From assembly GCA_036004445.1 (NCBI GenBank), contig DASYRL010000012.1, positions 23,853-87,852 on the forward strand: 64,000 bases of DNA, read 5' to 3'. The notes beneath the pieces are model-generated. The model was given only the letters and a program-made list of their open reading frames with translations. It was not told where the DNA came from and made no database searches. The stretch comes from a bacterium (GTDB lineage Bacteria; Sysuimicrobiota; Sysuimicrobiia; Sysuimicrobiales; Kaftiobacteriaceae). Every line of letters starts with the position of its first letter. Position 1 is the stretch's first letter. Shown here in pieces: positions 1 to 10,073 of this stretch. The translations under genes were made by a program, and so were the position numbers.

Positions 1-890
<890 letters not shown>

Positions 891-911
891 TCAGGGAAAG
901 GAATCTGTGTG

Positions 912-1061
912 ATGCGGATCCTTCGAGTGGTCGCCCTGGCCATCGGGGTCGTGGCTACCGTCGCCATGGCATCGGTCCTGGGCTACATCGCTTACGTGGT
1001 CCGGCTGTGGAGCAAGGCGATGGCCGATGAGGAGATTCCCCGTCTGAGCGCGAATGGCTGA
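912..1061 (+). CDS. small single-TM protein (49 aa), hypothetical
   Basis: ORF not in track (<60 aa); high GC3, hydrophobic helix VVALAIGVVATVAMASVLGYIAYVV; ends 8 nt into the next membrane-protein gene. Confidence 0.35.
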   Translation: MRILRVVALAIGVVATVAMASVLGYIAYVVRLWSKAMADEEIPRLSANG

Positions 1062-2364
1062 CCCTCCCGGGTCAGCCAGAAGCTGGATCTCCCCTGACCG
1101 TCCCCACCTGCCGCCGCGTGCGGTGTTTCTTGCCGCGGCGGTGCTGGGGTTTCCCGTTGTCGCCGCATTCGTCGTCGTCGCCGCCGCTCACCTCGCCCGG
1201 CTCGACTATCATGCCTGGCCGGTGCTGGTCGCCAACCATCTCGTCACGCTGGGATGGGGCACGATGGTGGCCGTGGGAGCCCTCTATCAGCTGTACCCGG
1301 CGGCGGCCGGTGTGCGTCGCGATCCCCCGCGAACCGACGCCGTGGCCGCCGTCTTCTACATCACGGCGGTGGTCGCGATGGCCGCGGGATTCTGGTTCCG
1401 CTGGGTCCCCGCGATCCTCGCGGGAGGATCCGCACTCGTCGGCACCGTGCTCCTGCTGGACGTGATGGCCTGGCGGGTCACTGTTCGACGCCGGCGATGG
1501 TCGTGGCCATTGACCTACGCCGCGACCGCGATGCTCGCCCTGCTCGGGGTGATGGCTTGGGGCCTGCTGCTGGCGGCGAATTGGCGCTGGGCGTTCTGGC
1601 CCGCGCTGCTGGGACCGCTCGGCTTGGGCGTGCACCTGCCGCTCGGTCTGGTGGGCTGGTTCGGATTGCTCGTGACCGGTATTTCCTACTATCTCCTGCC
1701 ACGGTTTGCCGATCATCGCGCCACCGCGGCGAGGTTTGCCAGCCCCGTCTACGCCGCGCTGGTGGCTGGGATGCTCGGCCTCGTCGCGGGAGCCGGCGGA
1801 TGGACCGGGGCGACGCGCCTGGGACTCGGGCTGCTCGGCGTCGGCGGACTGCTCTATGCTGCCGATGTGTGGGATTTCGTGTCGTCCTGGCGGGGCCGGG
1901 GGCGGGACATTACCCGGCTGCATTGGATGGTGATCGCGGCCGAGACGGTCGCCCTCAGCGCCGGCTTGATCGCGCACGCCGTCCGCCTTCTGCCGGGAGA
2001 CCCGACCCGATGGGCGGTTGCGGCGGTCGTGCTGTTCCTGCTGGGATGGTTGACGCTGGCCATCATGGGACAAGTCTACAAGGTCACGCCGTTTCTGATG
2101 TGGTTCTACCGATTCTACCGCCGGATCCCGGCCTACGAGGTGCCGCGCCTTCCCGCGCCGTATTGGCCGGCACCGGCTCCCTGGGCGCTGGCGGCGACGG
2201 CACTCGGCGGACTGATGGTGAGTGGGGCAATTCTGTTGGACTCGGTCTTGCTGGCCCAGATCGGGGGAATCGTATTCCTGATCGGCAGTGTCATCTTTTC
2301 AGCGACAATCGGCTACTCTTGGATCCCCACGCTGGTAGCGTCAATGCGGACAGGTGCGCGGTGA
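1054..2364 (+). CDS. polytopic membrane protein with internal duplication, function unknown
   Basis: About 12 predicted TM helices; repeated motif H..P...LGW...G..Y.L.P in helix 2 and helix 6; coding-like GC3. Confidence 0.6.
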   Translation: MADPPGSARSWISPDRPHLPPRAVFLAAAVLGFPVVAAFVVVAAAHLARLDYHAWPVLVANHLVTLGWGTMVAVGALYQLYPAAAGVRRDPPRTDAVAAVFYITAVVAMAAGFWFRWVPAILAGGSALVGTVLLLDVMAWRVTVRRRRWSWPLTYAATAMLALLGVMAWGLLLAANWRWAFWPALLGPLGLGVHLPLGLVGWFGLLVTGISYYLLPRFADHRATAARFASPVYAALVAGMLGLVAGAGGWTGATRLGLGLLGVGGLLYAADVWDFVSSWRGRGRDITRLHWMVIAAETVALSAGLIAHAVRLLPGDPTRWAVAAVVLFLLGWLTLAIMGQVYKVTPFLMWFYRFYRRIPAYEVPRLPAPYWPAPAPWALAATALGGLMVSGAILLDSVLLAQIGGIVFLIGSVIFSATIGYSWIPTLVASMRTGAR

Positions 2365-2429
2365 TTCCGACGGCCTATTTCCATTTGGTGGCGGCGAGTG
2401 GGGCCGCCCCCGAGCCGTACGCCATGGAA

Positions 2430-3083
2430 CTATGGCTCTATGAGTCCTTTACGAATCGCGTAGCGGACGAGTTCGGTGCGATCGTGCAGCCCGAGTTTCT
2501 CGAGGATGTGCGCGCGGTGGGTCTGTACGGTTTTGATGCTGATGTACAGCTGTGTGGCGATCTCTTGGTTTGATGATCCCTGGGCGATCAGCGTGAGGAT
2601 CTCCCGCTCGCGCCCAGTCAGCCCGTCGTAGCGTTCCTTCTCCTCGCCCGCCTCGACGCGCCGCAGGTAATCCGCGATTACGTTCTTCGCCACCGAAGGG
2701 TAGAGAAACGCCTCCCCTCGCGAGGCCGCCCGCACGGCGGTGACCAGGTCGGTCGCCGCCGCCCGCTTGAGCACGTATCCCGACGCGCCCGCGCGCAGCA
2801 GGCGGAACACGTAGCTTTCATCCTCGTGCATCGTGAGGGCCAGCACGTTGACGTCGGGATGCCGCTGCTTGATCTTCTCCGTTGCCTCGATGCCGCCGAT
2901 GCCGGGCATCGAGATGTCCATGACGACCACGTCGGGCTTGAGCGCAGCCATCAACTCTACCGCCTGCTCTCCGCTGGACGCCTCACCAACAACCTCGAAG
3001 TCGCGCTCCGACGACAGGATCATCCGGACGCCTTCCCGGACGATGGAGTGGTCGTCGGCGATGAGGATCTTCGTCTTGGCCAT
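2430..3083 (-). CDS. NarL/FixJ-family response regulator (REC + LuxR-type HTH)
   Basis: Receiver Asp pocket (LIADDH, VVMDISMPG), C-terminal LTGREREIL...IKTVQTHRAHILEKL HTH. Confidence 0.9.
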   Translation of the reverse strand: MAKTKILIADDHSIVREGVRMILSSERDFEVVGEASSGEQAVELMAALKPDVVVMDISMPGIGGIEATEKIKQRHPDVNVLALTMHEDESYVFRLLRAGASGYVLKRAAATDLVTAVRAASRGEAFLYPSVAKNVIADYLRRVEAGEEKERYDGLTGREREILTLIAQGSSNQEIATQLYISIKTVQTHRAHILEKLGLHDRTELVRYAIRKGLIEP

Positions 3084-3285
3084 CGGATGGAGCGTACCAC
3101 ACCGTCGGGAAGCGGGAAACGGGAGGCGATGTCCCAGCGCGGCTACCCAAGTCGCCGATTGACCCAGTACTCCGATATCCGGCGGCGGCCCGAGACCAAA
3201 ATCCAGCGGCAGCCTGATGGCCCGTCCGTCCTCTGCCGCAGAGAATGGGTCCCAGAATCCAGATTACCTGTGGAGGGAGACCGGG

Positions 3286-4296
3286 ATGCGGGGATTGGGA
3301 AGAACGGGCACCGTGGTGGCGATTCTGATCGTGGCCGCGCTCATTTTCGGCGGTGGCATCTGGTTGGGCAGGCAACAATCACAGGTGGCGTCCGAGCCCC
3401 CCGCGCGGGTCACCCAGACCACGCCGCAGGATGCCCACGCCATGCAGGTAGAGATGGACGCCGCTCATGAAGCACGCGTCAAGGCGTTTCCGGCGAAGAC
3501 TGAGGGAGTCGGAGCGCAGGCGATTACACCGAGATTGGACGGCGGTGTCAAGGTATTTGAGATCACGGCCTCCGAGGTGCAGTGGGAGGTCGAGCCCGGC
3601 GTCCGGCGCGCGGCGTTCGCCTACAATGGGCAGGTTCCCGGTCCAACGATCCGGGTTACTGAGGGGGATCGGGTGCGGATCGTGTTAAGGAACAACCTTC
3701 CGGAGAGCACCTCGATCCACTTTCACGGCCTTGTCACGCCCAACGCGATGGACGGCGTCCCATTCATTACGCAGCCGCCCACCCGACCGGGACAGACCTT
3801 CACCTACGAATTCGTGGCGAAGCCGGCCGGCACCCACATGTACCACTCGCACAACGGTGTCGACCAGATCACCAAGGGGCTGCTCGGCGCGTTCATTGTC
3901 GTGCCCAGAGCCGGGGAGCCCAAGGTCCAGGCCGACGTGGTGATGGTCATCAATGATGGACCGCTGGGCTACACGTTGAACGGGAAGAGCTTTCCGGCGA
4001 CGCAGCCGATCGTGGTCAGCCGCGGCCAACGGATTCGCATCCGCTACATGAACGAAGGATCCATTATCCACCCCATGCACCTGCACGGTATGGCGCAACT
4101 GGTTGTTGCCAAGGATGGCAAGCTGTTGCCGAACCCGTACGAGGCTGACACCGTGAACGTGGCGCCGGGCGAACGCTATGACGTCTTCGTGGAGGCTACT
4201 GAACCGGGTGTGTGGGCGCTGCACTGCCACATTCTCTCGCACGCCGAGTCCAGCACCGGCATGCACGGGATGGTCACCGCGGTGATCGTGAAGTGA
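3286..4296 (+). CDS. two-domain multicopper oxidase (small laccase-like), N-terminal membrane anchor/signal
   Basis: Copper-ligand motifs HFHG, HSHNG, HPMHLHG, HCHILSHAE; start chosen at ATG 3286 behind GGAGGGAG RBS; TM segment GTVVAILIVAALIFGG. Confidence 0.85.
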   Translation: MRGLGRTGTVVAILIVAALIFGGGIWLGRQQSQVASEPPARVTQTTPQDAHAMQVEMDAAHEARVKAFPAKTEGVGAQAITPRLDGGVKVFEITASEVQWEVEPGVRRAAFAYNGQVPGPTIRVTEGDRVRIVLRNNLPESTSIHFHGLVTPNAMDGVPFITQPPTRPGQTFTYEFVAKPAGTHMYHSHNGVDQITKGLLGAFIVVPRAGEPKVQADVVMVINDGPLGYTLNGKSFPATQPIVVSRGQRIRIRYMNEGSIIHPMHLHGMAQLVVAKDGKLLPNPYEADTVNVAPGERYDVFVEATEPGVWALHCHILSHAESSTGMHGMVTAVIVK

Positions 4297-4527
4297 TCAG
4301 TGCCGCTCGAGCGGGTTGTCCATCCGCCGGCGGGCGCGGTCGAGCGCGCTGCCGGGCTCCATTCCGGCGAGGCGGCGGTCCAGATGCACGGTGAGGGGAA
4401 AGCCGCACTCCGGACAGACTTCGCCGTGCTCAGCAGGGAACAGGCGCCCGCAGCGCGGGCAGATCGAGATCAACGTCAGACGGCGGCCAACCGGCAGTTT
4501 CTCCTCTATCGTGGGCATGTCCGGCAC
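4297..4527 (-). CDS. small zinc-ribbon protein (CxxC...CxxC), hypothetical
   Basis: CPRCG...CPECG motif; 76 aa; wedged between the oxidase and the second response regulator. Confidence 0.4.
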   Translation of the reverse strand: MPDMPTIEEKLPVGRRLTLISICPRCGRLFPAEHGEVCPECGFPLTVHLDRRLAGMEPGSALDRARRRMDNPLERH

Positions 4528-4664
4528 CTCCGTTCGCCTTCAGTGTATGGAGGAGCGCCGGGCTCGCCATCAGGCAGCCACCCGATACCGGGCCGCTCCC
4601 CCGAGGCGAGAATCGGCTGCCAACCCGATACTCCGCGCCCGGCCGCGGGGATACCCTGACGGCG

Positions 4665-5375
4665 ATGGATCACACCAAGCACGCCTCCACCCAGTCCCCG
4701 CGCCGCGGGGGAACGGTCCGGACGAAGGTTGTTCGGATCCTCATCGCCGAGGACCACGCAATCGTGCGCGAGGGGATCCGGATGATCCTGGCGACCCAGC
4801 CGGACTTCGAAGTAATCGGTGAAGCCGCCGGTGGCGCCGAGGCCTTGGTCCTTGTTGACGACCTGCACCCCGACGTCGTGGTCATGGACATCAGCATGCC
4901 GGGGATGAACGGTGTCGACGCCACGCGCGCGATCCGGAAGACGTACCCCGAGGTGCACGTGCTGATCCTGACCATGCACGAGGAAGAGTCGTTCGTCTTC
5001 CAGCTCCTGCAGCTGGGGGCGTCGGGCTATGTGCTCAAGCGGGCGGCCGCGACCGACCTGGTTGACGCGGTGCGGGCGGCGAGCCGCGGCGAGGCCTTTC
5101 TGTATCCGGCGGTGGCGCGCAGCCTGGTCCAGGACTACCTGGAGAACGTCCGCACCGGTCGCCGGAGTCCCCGACAGGACGGGCTCACCGACCGTGAGCG
5201 CGAAGTCCTGGTGCTGATTGCCGAAGGCCTCACCAACGCCCAGATCGCAGACAAGCTCTTCATCAGCGTGAAAACCGTGCAAACCCACCGGACCCACATC
5301 ATGGAGAAACTCGACCTCCACGATCGAGGCCACCTCGTCCGCTACGCCGTCCGCAAGGGTCTCATTCAACCCTAG
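4665..5375 (+). CDS. NarL/FixJ-family response regulator, paralog of the 2430..3083 gene
   Basis: Near-identical blocks to the first regulator (VVMDISMPG, ILTMHEEESFVF, ASGYVLKRAAATDLV, RGEAFLYP, KTVQTHRTHIMEKL). Confidence 0.9.
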   Translation: MDHTKHASTQSPRRGGTVRTKVVRILIAEDHAIVREGIRMILATQPDFEVIGEAAGGAEALVLVDDLHPDVVVMDISMPGMNGVDATRAIRKTYPEVHVLILTMHEEESFVFQLLQLGASGYVLKRAAATDLVDAVRAASRGEAFLYPAVARSLVQDYLENVRTGRRSPRQDGLTDREREVLVLIAEGLTNAQIADKLFISVKTVQTHRTHIMEKLDLHDRGHLVRYAVRKGLIQP

Positions 5376-5438
5376 GAAACGAGGAAACGCGGGAGCGGGT
5401 GGACTTTGTTTCCCCGTCTCCGCGTTTTCCCGTTTTCC
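5375..5438. repeat. tandem-unit hairpin (GGAAACG units / complementary CGTTTTCC arm)
   Basis: ggaaacgaggaaacgcggg ... cccgtctccgcgttttcccgttttcc; between response-regulator stop and pfkA start. Confidence 0.8.
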
Positions 5439-5459
5439 GCCGTTGCGGGGATAAGATGA

Positions 5460-6437
5460 GTGAAGATGAGACGCATCGGTGTCCTGACAAGCGGCGGCGA
5501 CGCGCCGGGCATGAATGCGGCCATCCGCGCCGTCGTGCGCGCGGGGATCGCGGCGGGGGTCGAGGTCTGGGGGGTAGGGCACGGGTACACTGGTCTAATC
5601 GCAGGCGAGCTGAGACCGCTCGGGCCGCGGGACGTCGGCGGCATCATCCACCAGGCCGGCACGGTCCTGCACAGCTCCCGCTGTGAGGACTTCTTTCATG
5701 ACGCCGGACGGCGCGAAGCCATCGAGACCATCGGGCAGTACGGCCTCAGCGGCCTGGTCGTCGTGGGAGGTAGTGGATCGCAGCGCGGGGCCGCGGACCT
5801 ATCAGCGATGGGCGTCCCCGTCGTGGGCGTGGCGTCGACGATCGACAACGACATTTACGGAGCCGACATCAGCATCGGCGTGGACACCGCGCTCAACATC
5901 GCGCTGGAGGCGATCGATCGGTTGAAGATGACGGCGTCCTCGCTGCAGCGCGCCTTCCTCGTCGAGGTCATGGGGCGGGACTGCGGCTACCTGGCGTTGA
6001 TGGCGGGGCTGGCCGGCGGGGCAGAGACCATCGTCATCCCTGAAGTCGAGACGGATCCTGCGGCCGTGTTCGCAGAGCTCGCAGCCTCAGCCGACCGAGG
6101 CAAGCTGCACGCCTTTGTCGTCGTCGCCGAGGGCGCAGCCTACAACGCGGAACGGCTCATCGCGTATGCGCGAGAGCATCGCCAGGCCATCGGGTTCGAG
6201 CTGCGCGCCACGATCCTTGGCCACGTCCAGCGAGGCGGGAGTCCGACCGCGTTCGACCGCCTGCTGGCCACCCGCGCGGGAGCGGCGGCGGCCCAGGCGC
6301 TCCACGACGGGACGCACGGTGTGATGTTCGGTCTGCGCGACGGAGCAATCGCAGCGACTCCGCTGGTCGACGTGAAGGCCCGGCGGAAGGAGCTCGATCT
6401 GCGGCTGCTCGAGCTGGCGCGGATCATGGCGACCTAG
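5460..6437 (+). CDS. pfkA: ATP-dependent 6-phosphofructokinase
   Basis: GVLTSGGDAPGMNAAIRAVV, GGSGS, MGRDCGYLAL motifs, about 325 aa. Confidence 0.93.
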   Translation: MKMRRIGVLTSGGDAPGMNAAIRAVVRAGIAAGVEVWGVGHGYTGLIAGELRPLGPRDVGGIIHQAGTVLHSSRCEDFFHDAGRREAIETIGQYGLSGLVVVGGSGSQRGAADLSAMGVPVVGVASTIDNDIYGADISIGVDTALNIALEAIDRLKMTASSLQRAFLVEVMGRDCGYLALMAGLAGGAETIVIPEVETDPAAVFAELAASADRGKLHAFVVVAEGAAYNAERLIAYAREHRQAIGFELRATILGHVQRGGSPTAFDRLLATRAGAAAAQALHDGTHGVMFGLRDGAIAATPLVDVKARRKELDLRLLELARIMAT

Positions 6438-6438
6438 G

Positions 6439-6477
6439 CCGGGAACCGGGAACTGGGAACAGGGAACAGTGAACCGG
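6439..6477. repeat. tandem GGGAACNG x5 array in the 42-nt spacer between pfkA and the aldolase gene
   Basis: ccgggaaccgggaactgggaacagggaacagtgaaccgg; complementary-type array (GTTCCC units) lies at 18455..18484. Confidence 0.8.
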
Positions 6478-6479
6478 CC

Positions 6480-7499
6480 ATGAGCGACCAACGACGAACG
6501 ACGAACGACGATCGGAACCTCAGCATCGGCAAGCTGCGGGGCCTGCAGCAGTTATCCGATGGCCGCGGCATCTTTGCCATGTGCGCGATGGACCATCGCG
6601 GGTCCCTCCGCAGGATGCTCAACCCCGCGGCGCCGGGCCAGGTACGCGCCCCCGACATCACTACCTTCAAACTGGACCTCGCTGAGATGCTCGCACCTAC
6701 GGCCACGGCGGTCCTGCTCGATCCAATCTACGGCGCCGCCCAGGCCGTTGCGGCCGGGGTGCTGCCGGGACACACCGGCCTGATCGTTTCGGCGGAGGAA
6801 TCCGGATATGAGGAAACGCCGGCCGGCCGGATCACCACGCTCCTCCCAGACTGGAGCGTGGCCAAGATCAGACGCATGGGCGCGTCGGGAGTCAAACTGC
6901 TCCTGTACTATCGGCCCGACCGCGCGGAGTCGGCTGCCCGCCAGCGCGCCGTCGTCGATGGCGTCGCGGCCGCGGCGGCGGACGCGGATCTGCCGTTCGT
7001 GCTGGAGCCGCTCCTCTACGCGCTGACAGCATCCGAACGGTCCTCAGAAAGCCTGGGCGGAATTCGCGCCGATCTCGTTGCGCAGTCGGCTGCGGAACTG
7101 GCACCGCGGGGGCCGGACATATTAAAGGTAGAGTTTCCCGGCCGCGGGCTTGGACCCGAGCGCTGGGCCGAAGTGTGCGCCCGGCTGGACGAGACCACGC
7201 CGATCCCCTGGGTCCTGCTCAGCGGCGGGGCCGGGTACGACGAGTTCCTCCGCTGGGTCGAAGCGGCATGTCGCGCCGGGGCCTCCGGATTCCTCGGCGG
7301 CCGCGCGGTCTGGGAGGACGCGGCATCTCTTGACCGCGGCTCTCGCCGGCGTTGGCTCCAGACTACCGGCGCGGACCGGATGCGCCGCCTCTCCGACATC
7401 GCCGGCGAATTCGGCCGGCCCTGGTGGAAGAAATACGCGGAGCGCTCCTCTGACCTCGCAACTCCTGACGCCCTTTGGTATCGGACATACGGATCGTAA
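6480..7499 (+). CDS. class I aldolase of the LacD family (tagatose-1,6-bisphosphate aldolase family)
   Basis: FAMCAMDHRGSL...LDP...KLLLYYRP...KVEFPG blocks typical of LacD-type class I aldolases; first codons are tandem CGACGAA repeats. Confidence 0.75.
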   Translation: MSDQRRTTNDDRNLSIGKLRGLQQLSDGRGIFAMCAMDHRGSLRRMLNPAAPGQVRAPDITTFKLDLAEMLAPTATAVLLDPIYGAAQAVAAGVLPGHTGLIVSAEESGYEETPAGRITTLLPDWSVAKIRRMGASGVKLLLYYRPDRAESAARQRAVVDGVAAAAADADLPFVLEPLLYALTASERSSESLGGIRADLVAQSAAELAPRGPDILKVEFPGRGLGPERWAEVCARLDETTPIPWVLLSGGAGYDEFLRWVEAACRAGASGFLGGRAVWEDAASLDRGSRRRWLQTTGADRMRRLSDIAGEFGRPWWKKYAERSSDLATPDALWYRTYGS

Positions 7500-7678
7500 T
7501 TCCGATCAAACCTTCTGCGATTGGGCGGGTGGAAGGGGCGGTCTGTGGATGGCTGAATCGGCGGTGGCCGCCTCCGAGCATCCTGCCGCCACTGATTTGG
7601 CTGACTAGGAAATACTCCGCGCCCGACGAACACGGAGAGGGCGTGGACCACGACACAATCCTCAGCACGACGCGGCAG

Positions 7679-8836
7679 ATGGGGATCTTCCGCAGCATTG
7701 CGGAGGTCCTTAACCGTTCATTCACCCTGCGCGAAGCCCTCGATGGCGCGCTGCACCGCATCGTCGAGCTTTTGGACGTGCGGGCCGGCTGGATTTTCCT
7801 GTTCGAGGACGAGACGTCGACGTTCCGCCTGGCGGCGGACGTGAACCTTCCGGGGGCGCTGGCCGTCGCCGGCAAGCGCCGGATGTCCGGCGACTGCCGC
7901 TGCAACCAGATGCTGCGGGACGGCCAGCTGACCGAACCCATCAACCTCATTCAGTGTGCCCGGCTGGAGCAGGCGCTCCCTCAGCAGCCTGAGTCGCACT
8001 GGCACGCGTCCGTCCCGCTGATCGCCCAGGACGAGACGGTCGGCATCCTCAACCTCCTCCTCGAGCGCGGCCGCAGCTTCACCACCGAGGAGCTCAACAT
8101 CCTCGAGTCCCTCGGCCATGAGCTGGCCGTAACGATCCAGCGCGCGCGCCTGTTCGAGAAGGTGCGCGATCAAGAGCAGACAGCCCGCGATTTGATGCAG
8201 CGCCTGCTGGTGGCGCAGGAGGAAGAGCGCGGGCGGATCGCCCGGGACTTCCATGATCAGGGCGGGCAGCTGATGTCGGCGCTGATGATCCAGCTCGATC
8301 ATCTCGCCGCGCAGGTTGACCAGAAGGACAAGCCACTGGCAGCGTCGCTGCGCAGACTGTACGGTCTCGCGCAGCAGGGCCTCGAAGAACTCCGCAAACT
8401 CGTCTACGAACTGCGTCCCCCGACGCTGGACGAGCTCGGGCTGGGGCCGGCGATCCGCGCGTACGTCGATACGCACGTACGCCCGGCCGGCTTGACCGTC
8501 GATCTGCAGCTGAGCGAACTCACCGAGCGGCTGCCGCCCGAGATCGAGACGGCGGCGTTCCGCATCGTCCAGGAATCGATCACCAACGTACTGCGCCATG
8601 CCCACGCCAAGAAGGTGGAGGTGCGGGTGGGGCGCCGGGGGGAGGCGCTGCAGGTCATGGTGCGCGACGACGGCGCCGGTTTCGACGCCGACGAGCCGCA
8701 GGCGGGCCGCCGGACGCTCGGACTGGCCGGGATGCGGGAGCGGGCTCAGTTGGTGGGCGGGTCGCTCCAGATTCTCTCGGCACCGGGCATCGGGACGACC
8801 GTGCTGGGTCGATTGCCTCTCCATGACACCGACTGA
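7679..8836 (+). CDS. sensor histidine kinase, GAF + HisKA_3 + HATPase_c (NarL-type partner)
   Basis: GAF-like N-terminal region, H-box ARDFHDQGGQLMSAL, G-boxes DDGAGF, GLAGMRERAQLVGG; start uncertain (ORF opens at 7475, ATG 7679 chosen). Confidence 0.8.
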   Translation: MGIFRSIAEVLNRSFTLREALDGALHRIVELLDVRAGWIFLFEDETSTFRLAADVNLPGALAVAGKRRMSGDCRCNQMLRDGQLTEPINLIQCARLEQALPQQPESHWHASVPLIAQDETVGILNLLLERGRSFTTEELNILESLGHELAVTIQRARLFEKVRDQEQTARDLMQRLLVAQEEERGRIARDFHDQGGQLMSALMIQLDHLAAQVDQKDKPLAASLRRLYGLAQQGLEELRKLVYELRPPTLDELGLGPAIRAYVDTHVRPAGLTVDLQLSELTERLPPEIETAAFRIVQESITNVLRHAHAKKVEVRVGRRGEALQVMVRDDGAGFDADEPQAGRRTLGLAGMRERAQLVGGSLQILSAPGIGTTVLGRLPLHDTD

Positions 8837-8845
8837 GCCACGACC

Positions 8846-10030
8846 GTGCCGATGACGACCGCGGACGTGGTGGTGATCGGGGGCGGGTCGACCGGCAGCA
8901 GCGTGGCGTTTCAGCTCGCCCGCCGGCTGCGCGGGGAGCAGGGCCGGGTGCTCCTGGTTGAGCGCGACACGGTGGGAGCCGGGCCGACGTCGAAATCCAT
9001 CGGGATCATCCGTCTGCACTACTCCTACGAACCGCTCGTCCGCATGGCGCAGCGGAGCCTGGCCCTGTTCTCCGAGTTCGAGGAGCTAACCGGCGGCACG
9101 GCCGATTTCTCCCGCATCGGGTTTCTCCTGCTGGTGTCGGAACCGCAGATGCCCACGCTGCGCGAGAACGTTGCGCTGCAGCACGCGCTGGGCGTGCGCG
9201 CGGAGGTCCTGTCCGCGGAGGCCGTGCTCGATCTTGATTCGCGCCTGGCCGTCGACGACGCCGGCGGGGCCGCCTGGGAACCGGACTCGGGATTCGCGGA
9301 CGGGTACGCGACCGCGACGAGTTTTGCCGCCGCCGCGCGGCGTCACGGCGCCGAGATCTGGGAGGCCGCGACCGTGTCCGCGATCGAGGTGAGCGGCGGA
9401 CGCGTGCGGGGCGTCGCGACCTCCCGGGGACGGGTCGAGGCGGCGTCGGTGCTGGTGGCCGCGGGACCGTGGACCCCGCCGCTGCTCGCGCCGCTGGGCA
9501 TCGACGTCCCGATCGTCAGCGCGCGGCAGCAGGTCGTGCAGCTGGCCCCTCCGCCGGCGTTCGGGCCACTGCGTCTTGTCGTCGAGGATCTGATTCAGGG
9601 GCTCTTCGCACGCCCCGAAGCCGGCGGCACGGTGCTGGCGGGTGTCCTGGAGGAGGATGCGGGCGATCTCGTCTCTCCCGACGTGTTCCGGCGCGGAGTG
9701 GACTTTGACTACGTCGAGCACGTCGGCCGGATGTGGGGCCGCCGGTTCCCCGAGGCCGCGCAATCGGACGTCCGTGGCGGTTACGCCAGCCTCTACGACG
9801 TCACGCCGGACTGGCAGCCGGTCCTGGGTGCCGTGGACGGGATCGAGGGATTGTTCATTGCCGCCGGGTTCAGCGGGCACGGGTTCAAGCTCAGCCCCGC
9901 GCTGGGAGAAGTGCTGGCGGCCCTGATCACCGGCGAGCAGCCGGCGGTCGACGTTTCCGCGTTCCGTTTGTCGCGGTTTGCGGAGGGCCGGCTGCTGCGG
10001 GGACACCACGCACAGGGGATTCTCGGATAA
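8846..10030 (+). CDS. FAD-dependent oxidoreductase (DAO family; glycine/sarcosine/D-amino-acid oxidase-like)
   Basis: N-terminal VVVIGGGSTGSSVAFQLA Rossmann motif; DAO-family length and C-terminal GHGFKLSPALG. Confidence 0.85.
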   Translation: MPMTTADVVVIGGGSTGSSVAFQLARRLRGEQGRVLLVERDTVGAGPTSKSIGIIRLHYSYEPLVRMAQRSLALFSEFEELTGGTADFSRIGFLLLVSEPQMPTLRENVALQHALGVRAEVLSAEAVLDLDSRLAVDDAGGAAWEPDSGFADGYATATSFAAAARRHGAEIWEAATVSAIEVSGGRVRGVATSRGRVEAASVLVAAGPWTPPLLAPLGIDVPIVSARQQVVQLAPPPAFGPLRLVVEDLIQGLFARPEAGGTVLAGVLEEDAGDLVSPDVFRRGVDFDYVEHVGRMWGRRFPEAAQSDVRGGYASLYDVTPDWQPVLGAVDGIEGLFIAAGFSGHGFKLSPALGEVLAALITGEQPAVDVSAFRLSRFAEGRLLRGHHAQGILG

Positions 10031-10073
10031 TCGCGGGAATGGTACCATACGCACCGGCAACTGGGAGGAGTCC

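Noticed and set aside
1254-2573. 439-aa plus-strand ORF in an alternate frame
   Set aside because: Out-of-frame overlap of the membrane-protein gene; Arg/Gly-rich nonsense versus clear TM helices in the chosen frame.
3286-4296. Copper nitrite reductase (NirK) instead of multicopper oxidase
   Set aside because: The motifs are the multicopper-oxidase HxH / HxH / HxxHxH / HCHxxxH set, including a trinuclear-cluster signature. They are not the NirK HxxxxH ... CxxxxxxxxH ... M arrangement.
7718-9019. 433-aa minus-strand ORF
   Set aside because: Antisense to the histidine kinase (H-box and G-boxes present on the plus strand).
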